This document shows, piece after piece, positions 37,878 through 48,083 of a stretch of DNA of 64,000 bases. Every line of letters begins with the position of its first letter. Positions within the stretch are counted from its first letter, which is position 1. The position numbers and the translations under genes are program-made. Source of the stretch: Myxococcota bacterium (GTDB lineage: Bacteria > Myxococcota_A > UBA796 > CAJQPC01); assembly GCA_036229005.1 (NCBI GenBank), contig JAZAMN010000071.1:128001-192000 (forward strand). Reading direction: 5' to 3'. Below the pieces are notes generated by a model. The model was not told where the DNA came from. It saw only the letters and a program-made list of their open reading frames with translations, and did no database searches.

Positions 37878-38786
37878 ATGTTTGTCAGCGTTCACGATGA
37901 GACCGGCACCCTGGGCGTGTTCAAGCTCGCCGCTCCGCTTCGGGTGGGCCGGGACGCCACCAACGACATCGTCCTGCCCCTTGAACAGGTCAGCCGCCGA
38001 CACGCCCTGGTCTGGGTGGCCGACGGCAAACTCTGGTTCCAGGACCTGGGCAGCAGCAACGGCAGCTTCCTGGAGGGCAAGCGCATGGCCAGCGAGCCGG
38101 TGCAGCTCGCCCACGATCAGGTCATCGGCCTGGGCGGCGTTGCGGAGCTGCGCTTTCGGGGCAAGCCCGACGAGGGCACCGATCTGCTGCTCCAGGTGGG
38201 CCGCCTGCGCTTCCCCCTGCTCCCCGGCGAGACCCGCCTGGGGCCCAACTCCGACCGCCAGATCCCCGGCCTGGAGCAGGAGGCCCTGGTCATCCACGAA
38301 GAGGAGGTCTGGCTGGAGATGGGCGAGCAGCGCGTGCGCCTGACCCCGGGCATCCCCACCGAGCTGGGCGGCCAGAGCTGGCGGGTGCTCCCTGTGGGCA
38401 CCGCCCGCGAGACGGTCACCATGGAGGACGTCTGGCCCTACGAGCTCCAGGTGTGGACCGACGCCCCCGCGGGCATCGAGGTCCAGATCCGCGACCTGCG
38501 CTCCGACAAGGTCTGGCGCTCCGCCAACAACCCCGCCGTGCTGGTCTACCTGCTGGCCACCGGCTGGTCCGAGGGCAGCTCCGGCCCCACCAAGGGCTGG
38601 CTGGACGACCAGGAGCTGCTGATCGGGGTCTGGGGCCGCAAGGGGCTCAACCGCGACCTCAACGTGCTCCACGCCCTGCTGCACCGCGTGCGCCGCGGGC
38701 TGCGCAAGGAAGGCCTGGACCCCGACTGCCTGCAGAAGCGTCGGGGCCTGACCCGGATGGCCGTCCAGTCGGTCGTGGTGCGCTGA
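37878..38786 (+). CDS. FHA-domain protein with C-terminal wHTH-like region
   Basis: VGR..NDI...VSRRHA...DLGSSNGS (FHA). C-terminal WG...LHALLHRVRRGL resembles an OmpR-type DNA-binding helix. Confidence 0.85.
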   Translation: MFVSVHDETGTLGVFKLAAPLRVGRDATNDIVLPLEQVSRRHALVWVADGKLWFQDLGSSNGSFLEGKRMASEPVQLAHDQVIGLGGVAELRFRGKPDEGTDLLLQVGRLRFPLLPGETRLGPNSDRQIPGLEQEALVIHEEEVWLEMGEQRVRLTPGIPTELGGQSWRVLPVGTARETVTMEDVWPYELQVWTDAPAGIEVQIRDLRSDKVWRSANNPAVLVYLLATGWSEGSSGPTKGWLDDQELLIGVWGRKGLNRDLNVLHALLHRVRRGLRKEGLDPDCLQKRRGLTRMAVQSVVVR

Positions 38787-38815
38787 GCCCCCCACACTGA
38801 ACAGCACAGAGCAAA

Positions 38816-38854
38816 GGGGAGCCCCCCCAGCGCGCAGGCGCCAGAGGGGCTCTC
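38816..38854. terminator. GC-rich hairpin between convergent genes
   Basis: GGGAGCCCC...GGGGCTCTC inverted repeat. Confidence 0.35.
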
Positions 38855-38858
38855 AGGG

Positions 38859-40355
38859 TCAGTAGCTGTAGACGAAGCTGCCGGCCGACTGCACGAACAG
38901 GGTGGTGAAGAACTCGCCGCCGTCGTCCAGGCTCAGCGCGCTCTCCAGCTCGGCCATCAGGTCGAAGCTGGCGTCCGCGCTGCGGTCCTCGAACTGCAGC
39001 CAGGCCTCGACGGTCAGCGCCGCCATGGCCTCGGCCTCGCCGTCACTGGCGAAGGACTCCGCGGCGGCCTCCACCGAGGCCTCCAGCTCGGCGCTCGCGT
39101 CGTAGACCCGCTCAGAGGCGTCCTCATAGGCCAGCTCCGCCACCAGGCTCAGGTCCAGGAGCACCTCGAGGGCGTCCTCTCCATCACCCGTGGCCATCAG
39201 GGCGAGCTGCAGCTCGGCCCAGGCCTCGGCCATCGCGTCCAGGTCACCGGACTCGGCGGCCTCCTCACTGCGCTCCAGCAGCAGCTCCAGCGCAGCGTCC
39301 AGCTCCGCGGCGGCCTGAGCGTCGGACCAGGACTCGGAGTCCAGCTCGCTGGCAATGGCGTCCACCGTCAGCGCAGCCTGGGTCTCACCGTGCAGCAGCA
39401 CCGTCTCCGCGAACATCGCGCTGTCCTCGGACCCCATGGCCTCCAGGCTGGAGATCAGGGCCAGGCCAGCCACCGCGCTCAGCTCGGACGCGGTCTCGGC
39501 GCGCGCCTCATCGGAGCCCTCCAGGGTGCTCTCCAGCGCCGCCTGGATCTCCGCCATGAAGGCAGCCTCCGCCTCGGCGCGGGCCTCCTCGGCCTCCTCG
39601 CGGGTGGACTCGCCAGCCGCCTCCGCCTCGGCGATGGCGCTCAGGGTGGCCTCCAGCGTCAGGCTGGCCTGGGCCTCGGCCTCGGCGCGGGCCTCCTCGC
39701 TGGTCTCCGCGGCGGCCTCACCCGTGCGCTCCGCCAGCAGCATCGCCTCGGCGCGCAGCGCGGCCTCCAGGGCAGCGGCGAAGTCCGCGGCCTGCTCCTC
39801 GCTGTCCTCAGCACCCTGGATGGCGGCGCCGATGAAGGCGTTCACCTCGGCGCGGACGCGGCCATAGGAGACCTCGTCGGCGTCACCGAAGCTCTGCACC
39901 AGGGCCAGGTAGATCTCAGCCTCGGTGGTGGTCTCAGAGTCGATCGGCGCCACCGAGCCGCGCTCCCCCTCGCTCTCGGGGACGGACTGCACAAAGATCT
40001 GCCCGATGACCTCGCCCTCGGCGTTCAGGGCCTGCACGAAGGCCAGGTCGCTGGACTCGGACTCGCCGGACGCGGTGATCTCCACAGAGAAGGAGCCGTC
40101 GGCCTCGACCTCGGAGCGGCTGTCCTCGACGGTCTCGCCGGAGTCGCCCATCAGCACGGAGCGCACCTCGACGGCGGCCTCGCTCTCCACCTGGCCCTCG
40201 ATCACCGCCTTCTTGGCGCTGGGCGTGGGGGTGTCGGGGCGGTCCTCGCTCTGGTCGACGTTCTGCGTGTCGCCAGCGTCCATCTCGGGTCCGCAAGCCA
40301 GCAGGGCGGTGAGGACGGGGACGAGGCCAAATGCGCGGAGGGTGTGGGTGCTCAT
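38859..40355 (-). CDS. Highly acidic Ala/Glu-rich helical lipoprotein
   Basis: LLA-C lipobox; strong coding bias; AT-rich upstream region. Confidence 0.8.
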   Translation of the reverse strand: MSTHTLRAFGLVPVLTALLACGPEMDAGDTQNVDQSEDRPDTPTPSAKKAVIEGQVESEAAVEVRSVLMGDSGETVEDSRSEVEADGSFSVEITASGESESSDLAFVQALNAEGEVIGQIFVQSVPESEGERGSVAPIDSETTTEAEIYLALVQSFGDADEVSYGRVRAEVNAFIGAAIQGAEDSEEQAADFAAALEAALRAEAMLLAERTGEAAAETSEEARAEAEAQASLTLEATLSAIAEAEAAGESTREEAEEARAEAEAAFMAEIQAALESTLEGSDEARAETASELSAVAGLALISSLEAMGSEDSAMFAETVLLHGETQAALTVDAIASELDSESWSDAQAAAELDAALELLLERSEEAAESGDLDAMAEAWAELQLALMATGDGEDALEVLLDLSLVAELAYEDASERVYDASAELEASVEAAAESFASDGEAEAMAALTVEAWLQFEDRSADASFDLMAELESALSLDDGGEFFTTLFVQSAGSFVYSY

Positions 40356-40516
40356 AAGCGTTTCCTTGGAATGAATCTGTGTTTTGTGTTTGAGTGGGCG
40401 AATCGAAAACTACATACGCAACCTCCACAAACAACATCACCCGCCGCGCCCCGGTCTGTGTGAGAGCAAGCTGACACCAGGCTCACCCTTGCCTGACAAG
40501 TTCCCGCAACCCACTG

Positions 40517-41299
40517 TCAAAACAAAGGAATCTGAGCGCTCTCCCGCAGCCCCTGGGGCTCAGGATGCCGGCTCTGAGGGGGAGAGGGCAGCTCTGTGTA
40601 CGCCCACTGCACACACCGCCCAAGGCTCCAACGCACCACAGACTTGGGCTCAGATCCCTCCGCATGCGAGGTCCGTACGGTGGCCCCCGGGTGCACCACC
40701 TGCGCGCCCCCGACCCGCACGACCTGGCGCGGGTGGATGTGCCCGCAGAGCACCCAGCGCGCCCCCGGCGGCAGGTGCTGTTCCCCCACCGTGTCCCGCT
40801 GACGCCCCACCCTGAAGGTGAAGCCTGGCACCCGCGCCCCATCCACCGCCTGGTGGCAGAGCAGTAGGTCCGCGCCCCCACCCCAGGCCTTGCGCGCCGC
40901 CCGCCCCCAGGCCGCCGCATCCCGCACGTAGTTCACGCAGGCCAGGCGCAGGCCCGCCACGTCCAGGGAGGCGGCGCCGCGAATCACATGCAGCCCCGGA
41001 ACCCCCATGGGCAGGCTGCGGTGCAGGCGGTCGCGGTCGTGGTTGCCGCCCAGGATCACCACCGGGACCCGCCGGGCCAGCTCCCGCAGCAGCGCCGCCG
41101 CCTGGGCCATGGCGCGCGGAGGGGGCCGGGAGCGGTCGAACACATCGCCGGTGTGCAGCACCAGCCCGACCTCGCCGGCGAATGCGGGTTTCAGGGCCTG
41201 TCTGAAGGCCCACAAGTGCTGGTCGGTGAGGGACGCACCCTGGGCATCGGCGCGGCCCCTCCTCCCCAGGTGCGTGTCTGAGAGGTGCAGGATCTCCAT
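40517..41299 (-). CDS. Calcineurin-like metallophosphoesterase (SbcD/Mre11-like nuclease domain only)
   Basis: SDTHLG, GDVFD, GNHD and GHIH motifs. Confidence 0.85.
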   Translation of the reverse strand: MEILHLSDTHLGRRGRADAQGASLTDQHLWAFRQALKPAFAGEVGLVLHTGDVFDRSRPPPRAMAQAAALLRELARRVPVVILGGNHDRDRLHRSLPMGVPGLHVIRGAASLDVAGLRLACVNYVRDAAAWGRAARKAWGGGADLLLCHQAVDGARVPGFTFRVGRQRDTVGEQHLPPGARWVLCGHIHPRQVVRVGGAQVVHPGATVRTSHAEGSEPKSVVRWSLGRCVQWAYTELPSPPQSRHPEPQGLRESAQIPLF

Positions 41300-41343
41300 G
41301 CACCCAAGCTATGGCCCCAAGGGGCCAAAAACTGTCCGCCCGA

Positions 41344-42000
41344 TCAGAAGGGCCAGGCGATCGCAGGGAGCAGCGGCTCCGAGGCTCCGGGGGCCCACTG
41401 GGGGTGCTTGGCCATGATCCCCGTGAACAGCGGCCCCTCCAGGTGGGCGGCGAGCCAGCCTTGGAGCGCGGGGAGCGGCTGCGCGTCGAACCAGCGCCGG
41501 TCGGCGTTCGCGAACTGGCGGACGAAGGGAACAATCGCGAGATCCGCGAAGCCCGGGGTGGGGCCCAGGAGCTGGCCGTGTGCGGCGATGCGGGCGTCCA
41601 GATCTTGCAGGATGGCGAGCCCGATGGCGCGCTGGGCCTGCGGGTCGATGTCCTCGCCGGGGTAGCGATCGCTGTACTTGTAGCGGTCCAGAGCGGCCTT
41701 GAAGGTGTGGTCGTTTCGGTGGACCAGAGACTCCAACTCCTCCCCCTCCCAGGGACCAGCGGCTTGGGGGAAGCCCGGCTGCTGGAAGGCCCACCGCATC
41801 ACCTCCAGGCTCTCGTCAATCACGACCCCCTGGGCGCAGACGAGGACAGGGACGGTGCCCTTGGGGCTGGCCTGGAGCAGCGCGGCGGGCTTGTCGCGGA
41901 GGACGACCTCGCGGATCTGGACGGGGGCGCCGGACAGGGCCAGGGCCATGCGGGCGCGCATCGCGTAGGGGCAGCGGCGGAAGCTGTAGAGGGTGTTCAC
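41344..42000 (-). CDS. Glutathione S-transferase
   Basis: LYSFRRCPYAMRAR, SPKGTVPVL, ESL and FVRQFA motifs. Confidence 0.93.
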   Translation of the reverse strand: MNTLYSFRRCPYAMRARMALALSGAPVQIREVVLRDKPAALLQASPKGTVPVLVCAQGVVIDESLEVMRWAFQQPGFPQAAGPWEGEELESLVHRNDHTFKAALDRYKYSDRYPGEDIDPQAQRAIGLAILQDLDARIAAHGQLLGPTPGFADLAIVPFVRQFANADRRWFDAQPLPALQGWLAAHLEGPLFTGIMAKHPQWAPGASEPLLPAIAWPF

Positions 42001-44567
42001 GCGGGCTCTGGGGAGGGGGCTTGCTTGCGGCGATCGCGCCAGAGCAGCAGGCCCACGCCCACCGCGAAGAGCAGGTAGACGCCGGCGCCGATGCGGGCGA
42101 CGCGGGTGCTCCCCTGGCGCAGAGGGGCGTCGATCGAGACCGGGAGCTGGGGCCGGGGCACGCCGCCGTCCAGGGTGAGGAGCTGCCCGTGACCAGCCAA
42201 CCCGAGCTCGCCGTCCCAGAGCACGCGGCCCTGGGCGTCCCAGGTGGTCAGGCGGCCGGCGTAGCTGTGGGGGACGGCCACGTGGGCCTCGTTCAGGCCG
42301 GCCATCGCGGGGTTGTTCTTGCCCATCTCGCGGAGCTGCACGGGGGGGTCAGGGGCGAGCTGGACCTTGGCCGTTGCGGGGCTGCCGATGGCCTGGATGT
42401 GGAGCTGGGTGGGCATGTGCTCGCCGCCGTCGCCCTGCTGGCCGTAGGCGCGGGGTGCCCGCTCAAAGAATCCGGAGAACGCCGCCTTTGGGTCGTGCGC
42501 GGCGCCGGGATCCAGAGTGAGCCAGGCGATCCACTCCCCGCCGTCGGTGCTCTGGACGACGGGCCCGATGCGCTCGAGCTGGCGCAGGATCTGCTGGCGG
42601 TCCCCCCGGCTGTAGAGCTCGGGGTGGAAGGCCACGTGGCGGAAGCCCAGGGCCCGCAGGGTCGCGCCCACCTGCTGGCCGTCGCCGCCCAGGAGCAGGC
42701 CCTCCAGCTCGCGCACGATGGTGGGACGGACGGCCCCGACCACGTCGGTGCTGGTGCAGTGCTCGGCGGTGGCGTGGTGGTGCCGGGCGACCGCCAGGCA
42801 GGCCGACGAGTTGAAGTACATGGACTGGTCCATGGCCTGCGCGCCGCCGATTGGGAGCAGGTCCAGGACGGGGCCCTCGGCCTGGGCGTAGACGGCGGGG
42901 ACCGCGGCGATCTGGGTGTGCTGCCGCAGGGGGAGGCGGTGGATCAGGAAGCCCTCCAGCAGGATCAGGGGGACCAGCCAGCGCATCCGGCCACCGCGCT
43001 CGGACTCCAGGTGGGTGCCGGCCCACGCGGCCAGGGCGGCCATGCAGAGCAGGCCCGACCAGAACAGGCGCACGGGGAAGCGCAGGAAGGCGTCGGCGCC
43101 CATCAGGATCAGGGGGGTGACCAGGCCCAGCGGCGGCAGGCCCTGGGAGGTCGCGGGGTTGCCGACGGCCAGGCCCAGGGTCAGGGCGAACACCAGCAGC
43201 AGGGCGCGCCCGGGGGCCTTGTGCTTCCACAGCGGGCGGCTGACCACCAGCAGCGCCAGGGCCAGCCCGGAGAGGTGCAGGCCGTAGCTGTGCATGCGCC
43301 GGTCCAGCTCCCAGTCCGGCCAGGACAGCGCAGAGAGGGCGACGACGACCACGCGGGCCTCGTCGGTGGCGGAGTCCCCGCCGGTGGCCATCAGCCAGAT
43401 CATGGGGGCGGTGCCCACGGCGACCACGGCGGCGGCGGCCAGAGAGACCTTCCAGATCTGCAGGCCCTGCCGCGCCAACCCCACCCCGAAGAAGGCGAGG
43501 GCCAGGATGGCCGCGGACACGCCCTGGTAGCCGGTGGTCGCCGCGCAGAGGACGAAGAAGGCGCCCGCGGCGGCCCCCTCCCAGGGCTTGCCTTCAGCGG
43601 AGAGCGCGCGCCACCAGAAGCCGGCGAAGAGCGCCAGCCAGGGGTTCAGCAGGTGGTAGACGTGCCCCTCCAGCGCGACGGTGGCGGCCAGCCCGGACAT
43701 GCCGTAGAGCGCGCCGGCCGCCAGGGGCCAGAGCCCGCGGGCACCGATCTGCCGGGAGAACCAGGCGGCGGCCGTGCCGGAGAGCGCCACGCCCAGGACC
43801 TGCATCCAGCCGTGCAGGCGCGCGGCGTCGATCCACTGCAGCAGCCAGGCCACCGGCAGCAGGGTGTAGCTGTCGAAGCGCCGGAAGTCCGCGCCCACGG
43901 GCCAGGCGGCCTGGGGGTCCATCAGGCCCTGGGAGAGCAGGCGGGGGGCCTCGGCCAGCGACCAGATGGTGCCCAGGGTGTCGAAGTTCCGGCCGACGGC
44001 CATCTCCGGGTTGGCGAGCACCGCTGGCCAGGTCCAGAGCACCGCGCAGCCCAGCAGCACGGCGAACACCACGGGCAGGCGCTCCAGGGCGGGCAGCGGG
44101 CGGCCCTTGGGACCGGGCTTTCGCCGCACCAGCGCGAGCACCCCCAGCAGGCTGAGCACCCACCACGCGAAGCCGGCGCCGATCAGGGTGGAGATGCGCT
44201 TCTCCAGGGCGCCGCTGCCCCCGGGGAGCGCCTTCGAGACCCGCTGGACCGCGCCGCCGTTGCCGCTGGCGTACTCCAGGGTGACCTCGCCGGCGTGCAG
44301 AGGCTCAACGGCTGAGTAGAGCTGGAATGCCTGGGGGTGAACCTTCCAGATCTCCATGTTCAGGTAGCGCAGCTCCTCCCCCTCCAGCTCCCCGACGGCG
44401 ATGGGGGCGCCCTCCATGGGGACACGCAGCTCCTGGCCCAGCCAGTCCGCGCGCAGCTCGTAGCGGGAGTCCGCGCCATCGTCCGGGACCGCCAGGCGCA
44501 CCGTGACGTGATCCGCGGCCTGGGCGGCGGTCAGAGAGGCCAGCAGCGCGATCCACAGGTGCATCAT
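41997..44567 (-). CDS. Large polytopic membrane protein (possible GT-C-type glycosyltransferase) with extracytoplasmic domains
   Basis: Signal peptide; more than 10 hydrophobic segments; RFPVR and VLDL..P motifs reminiscent of YfhO-like proteins. Confidence 0.55.
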   Translation of the reverse strand: MMHLWIALLASLTAAQAADHVTVRLAVPDDGADSRYELRADWLGQELRVPMEGAPIAVGELEGEELRYLNMEIWKVHPQAFQLYSAVEPLHAGEVTLEYASGNGGAVQRVSKALPGGSGALEKRISTLIGAGFAWWVLSLLGVLALVRRKPGPKGRPLPALERLPVVFAVLLGCAVLWTWPAVLANPEMAVGRNFDTLGTIWSLAEAPRLLSQGLMDPQAAWPVGADFRRFDSYTLLPVAWLLQWIDAARLHGWMQVLGVALSGTAAAWFSRQIGARGLWPLAAGALYGMSGLAATVALEGHVYHLLNPWLALFAGFWWRALSAEGKPWEGAAAGAFFVLCAATTGYQGVSAAILALAFFGVGLARQGLQIWKVSLAAAAVVAVGTAPMIWLMATGGDSATDEARVVVVALSALSWPDWELDRRMHSYGLHLSGLALALLVVSRPLWKHKAPGRALLLVFALTLGLAVGNPATSQGLPPLGLVTPLILMGADAFLRFPVRLFWSGLLCMAALAAWAGTHLESERGGRMRWLVPLILLEGFLIHRLPLRQHTQIAAVPAVYAQAEGPVLDLLPIGGAQAMDQSMYFNSSACLAVARHHHATAEHCTSTDVVGAVRPTIVRELEGLLLGGDGQQVGATLRALGFRHVAFHPELYSRGDRQQILRQLERIGPVVQSTDGGEWIAWLTLDPGAAHDPKAAFSGFFERAPRAYGQQGDGGEHMPTQLHIQAIGSPATAKVQLAPDPPVQLREMGKNNPAMAGLNEAHVAVPHSYAGRLTTWDAQGRVLWDGELGLAGHGQLLTLDGGVPRPQLPVSIDAPLRQGSTRVARIGAGVYLLFAVGVGLLLWRDRRKQAPSPEPA

Positions 44568-44668
44568 CGCCGCGAACAATAGCCCACCCCCAAATGCGGG
44601 GGCACAAGGGTTGGACCCCGCGCCCGCTCCGAACTACCTTTGCGCTACGTACTGCCCAGGAAGCTCTC

Positions 44669-45418
44669 ATGCTGCTCGCCCTCGCTCTCGCCTGCTCCGA
44701 TCCCCAGACCCTGAACGTCAACGCCGCCGACGCCTTCGGGAACCCGATCGAGTCCGCGCAGATCAAGCTCCCCACCGGTGAGCCCGTGACCACCGACAGC
44801 AAGGGCGCCGCCTCCTTCGAGGTGACCCCCGGCAACCTGGAGGTCATGGCCGGCAAGGAGGGCTTCATCCCCGAGTACGCCAACGTGGTCGTGCCGGCGG
44901 AGGGCGACCCTGACGCCCTGAACTTTGTGCTCTTCTTCCAGCCCGAGAAGGTGGGCTTCTACGGCGTCGGCGCCGGCGACTACCTGGCGCTGGGCCCCGA
45001 GAAGATCCGCACCGTGGCCTCCGACAAGAGCACCTGGCATGGCCTGGAGAACGTGCCCGACCAGGCGCTCCCCGGCGGCCAGCCCCAGCGCTTTGTGTTC
45101 CAGTCCGGCCTGCGCGCCTCCGAGCTCAAGCAGCAGAACCTGACCCTGTCCAAGCTCAAGTTCCTGGAGACCGCCGAGGTCGTGGGTGTGCTCGGCAAGA
45201 CCGACGTCGAGCTGGACCTGTGGGTGGCCGACACCGACCACGCCTTCGAGATCAAGGGCACCCAGGCCAAGGACAACTACCTGATCGTGACCTCCGAGCC
45301 CCTGGCCCCCGGCTTCTACGCCTTCCACGCCCAGGGCATCCTCAAGGCCACCGAGGCCGAGTCCCTGAGCAAGCTCCCCAAGGAGATGCAGGTCGCCTTC
45401 CCCTTCGAGGTCAAGTAG
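44669..45418 (+). CDS. Lipoprotein with carboxypeptidase-regulatory-like (prealbumin-fold) domain
   Basis: MLLALALA-C leader; GNPIESA...TTDSKG...KEGF pattern. Confidence 0.7.
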   Translation: MLLALALACSDPQTLNVNAADAFGNPIESAQIKLPTGEPVTTDSKGAASFEVTPGNLEVMAGKEGFIPEYANVVVPAEGDPDALNFVLFFQPEKVGFYGVGAGDYLALGPEKIRTVASDKSTWHGLENVPDQALPGGQPQRFVFQSGLRASELKQQNLTLSKLKFLETAEVVGVLGKTDVELDLWVADTDHAFEIKGTQAKDNYLIVTSEPLAPGFYAFHAQGILKATEAESLSKLPKEMQVAFPFEVK

Positions 45419-45441
45419 CTCCGGGGGCCCCCGGGGGGGCG

Positions 45442-47097
45442 CTATCTCACCTTGCAGATGCGCATGCCTCGGTCGCAGACCACCCGCAGGGGCTGGTCCG
45501 GCTTGACGTCGATGCTCAGCACCCGCGTGGCCTTGGAGTCGTCAAAGAAGACGTACAGGTCGTAGCGCCCCGGCGCGACCTGCCCCGGCGTGTAGCGCGA
45601 CCCCGAGGCATCCAGCGCGTAGCCCCGATCCACCCCCGCCAGGGACCACTGGCTCCCGGTCACGGCGGCGGGCTGCGGGTCAGCGGGCTTGGCGACGGCC
45701 ACCACCTCGGGTTCGGCGGGGGGCTCAGCGGGGGGCTCAGCGGGGACCACCAGGACCTGGCGCGCGGTCGGCGACTCGGTGTCCTCGCCGGCGGGGGGAT
45801 CCGGCTGCGGCGTGGGGTCGGCCTTGGTCTTGGGAGGTGGGGATCGGGTGGGCTCCGGACCAGGGTCCACCTCCTCCCCTGCGGGCTGCTCGGGCTCCAC
45901 ATCGCTCCCTTCCGCCGCCGAGGTCACCGGGTCCGGCTCCACCACCGGCTCGGCCTGGACCGCGGGCTGGGGCTCAGGCGTCTGGAGCAGCTTCCAGGCC
46001 CCCACGCCCAAGAGCAGCAGGAGCGCCACACCCGCCCCGACCAGCAGCAACGGCTGACGCTTAGGCGCGGGCGGCTGGGGCTCCGGGGTGGGCAGCGCGG
46101 CGGGGGCGGAGCTGTCGGAGACCTGGGACACCGCCGGGACCTGGGTCATCGCCGGGATGGGGGTCTTGCGCGGCGGAGCGGTGGGCCGGCTGACGGGTAC
46201 GGCGTCGGGGACGCGGGGGCCCATGGCGAGCAGGGTGACGACCAGGTCCCGGGGCCAGACCTGACGCGGGAGCTCGCGCCCCTCGGTCCAGAGGGCCACC
46301 AGGGCGGCCACGCTGGCAGGGCGCTTGTCGCGGTCGAAGGCCAGGGCGGACGCGACGGCGTGGTCCATGCGCGGCGGCACGTCCTCCCGAAGCTTGGAGG
46401 GCAGGATCAGATCCCCGGCCTCGATGAGCGAGTAGATCTCGATCATGTCGGAGCCGGCGAAGGGCAGCATCCCGGTCAGCAGCTCGTAGAGGATGACGCC
46501 CAGCGCGTAGACATCGGCCCGCTCGTCGACATCCTTGGCGTCCCGGAACTGCTCGGGGGCCATGAAGGAGGGCGTGCCCATGACCATGCCGGTGCGGGAC
46601 AGGCTCATGTCGCCAGCGTCCTTGACCTTGGCCAGCCCAAAGTCCATGACGCGCGGGAGCACGCGGCCGTCCTCCACCGGGTCGAGCAGGATGTTGCCGG
46701 GCTTGAGGTCGCGGTGGATCAGCCCGGCCTCGTGCGCGGCCTGGACCCCGGCCATGATCCCGCGGCCCAGGGCATCCACCTGGAGCAGGCTGAACTCCAT
46801 GGCCTGCATGGCCTGCTCCAGGGCAGGCCCCCGGACCAGCTCCATGACCAGCGAAGGGGCACCGTCCACGCGGAGGATGTCCGTGACGCCGACCACGTTG
46901 GGGTGCCGCAGTCCGGCCTGGATGCGGCCCTCCTGCAGAGAGCGCATGCGCATGGCGTCGGAGCTGAGGGTGAGCACCTTGATCGCGTGCAGCGAGTCCA
47001 GCTCCAGGTGGCGCGCGAAGTACACCTCGGCCTGGCCGCCGCGGCCAAGCAAGCCCAGGATCTGGTAGCGATCGACGACTCGGCCGGGCTGGATCAA
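45442..47097 (-). CDS. Membrane-anchored Ser/Thr protein kinase
   Basis: GRGGQAEV, HRDLKPGN, DFGLAK and GTPSFMAPEQ; TM helix; Pro-rich extracellular tail. Probable TTG start at 47097. Confidence 0.9.
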   Translation of the reverse strand: MIQPGRVVDRYQILGLLGRGGQAEVYFARHLELDSLHAIKVLTLSSDAMRMRSLQEGRIQAGLRHPNVVGVTDILRVDGAPSLVMELVRGPALEQAMQAMEFSLLQVDALGRGIMAGVQAAHEAGLIHRDLKPGNILLDPVEDGRVLPRVMDFGLAKVKDAGDMSLSRTGMVMGTPSFMAPEQFRDAKDVDERADVYALGVILYELLTGMLPFAGSDMIEIYSLIEAGDLILPSKLREDVPPRMDHAVASALAFDRDKRPASVAALVALWTEGRELPRQVWPRDLVVTLLAMGPRVPDAVPVSRPTAPPRKTPIPAMTQVPAVSQVSDSSAPAALPTPEPQPPAPKRQPLLLVGAGVALLLLLGVGAWKLLQTPEPQPAVQAEPVVEPDPVTSAAEGSDVEPEQPAGEEVDPGPEPTRSPPPKTKADPTPQPDPPAGEDTESPTARQVLVVPAEPPAEPPAEPEVVAVAKPADPQPAAVTGSQWSLAGVDRGYALDASGSRYTPGQVAPGRYDLYVFFDDSKATRVLSIDVKPDQPLRVVCDRGMRICKVR

Positions 47098-47246
47098 GTG
47101 AGGACTTCCGGGGAGCAGGAGGTGGCGGAACCTGAACTGTACCTGACACCCGCAGGCGCTTTCGGCGAGTTCACAACCCTTACGCGCACGGAAGGGTTCC
47201 CAGCGGTCTACCCTGCCTACACGCTGCCCGCCCAAGGATCCGCTGC

Positions 47247-48083
47247 ATGCTGCCTGAACTCGCTCTGCTCCTGATGGGGGCGACCCCTCCGGAGTGCTCC
47301 GGGGTCCACGTGGACAACGCCTCTTTCTCCACGCTCCTGGACGAGGCGGAGCGCGCGTACGCGGACTTCGACAACGAGCGATTCCAGACGCTGATGGATG
47401 ACGCGTCCTTTCAGGTGGTGTGCCTGGAGCAGGTCGCCTCCCCCGGGATGGCGGCCCAGTACCACCAGCTCCAGGGCCTGCGGCAGTACGGCACGGCCGA
47501 GGAGGAGCGCGCAGCACAGGCCTTCGCCGCGGCGCGCTCGGCGTCCCCCGGCCAGGAGCTCCCGGCGGACCTGGTCCCCGAAGGCCACGCGGTGCGGGAC
47601 CTCTACGGTCAGATCCCGCTGGATAGCGGCGCGCGCTCGCTGATGCCGGTGCCCGTCAGTGGGCAGGTGCTGCTGGACGGCACGCCGGCGACCGAGCGGC
47701 CGGAGGACTGGCCCACCCTCTTCCAGCTCCAGAGCGCAGAGGGCGCGATCACCCAGACCAGCTACCTGCTGCCCGGCGAGCTGCTCCCCAGCTACCCGGG
47801 CGTGATGCCCGAGGCCCCTCCCCTGGCCCGGGTGGGCTGGATCAAGACCCGGCGCCAGCTCTGGCTGCTCAGCGGCGCGGCGGCGACGGCCTCGCTGGCC
47901 GGGGTGAGCTACGGCATGGGGGCCTGGAACGCGGCGATCTACGAACAGCAGCACCCCGACTGGCAGGCGGCCGACTTCGAGCGCCAGGAGCGCAAGACCA
48001 ACGGCCTGGTGCTGGGCTCGGCGGGGCTGGGCCTGGCCTCGGCGGCCATGCTCGGCACCAGCTTTCTGGTCGTGGAGTGGTGA
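47247..48083 (+). CDS. Hypothetical secreted/membrane protein (TPR-like N-terminus, C-terminal hydrophobic helices)
   Basis: Translationally coupled to the downstream MopE-repeat gene. Confidence 0.65.
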   Translation: MLPELALLLMGATPPECSGVHVDNASFSTLLDEAERAYADFDNERFQTLMDDASFQVVCLEQVASPGMAAQYHQLQGLRQYGTAEEERAAQAFAAARSASPGQELPADLVPEGHAVRDLYGQIPLDSGARSLMPVPVSGQVLLDGTPATERPEDWPTLFQLQSAEGAITQTSYLLPGELLPSYPGVMPEAPPLARVGWIKTRRQLWLLSGAAATASLAGVSYGMGAWNAAIYEQQHPDWQAADFERQERKTNGLVLGSAGLGLASAAMLGTSFLVVEW

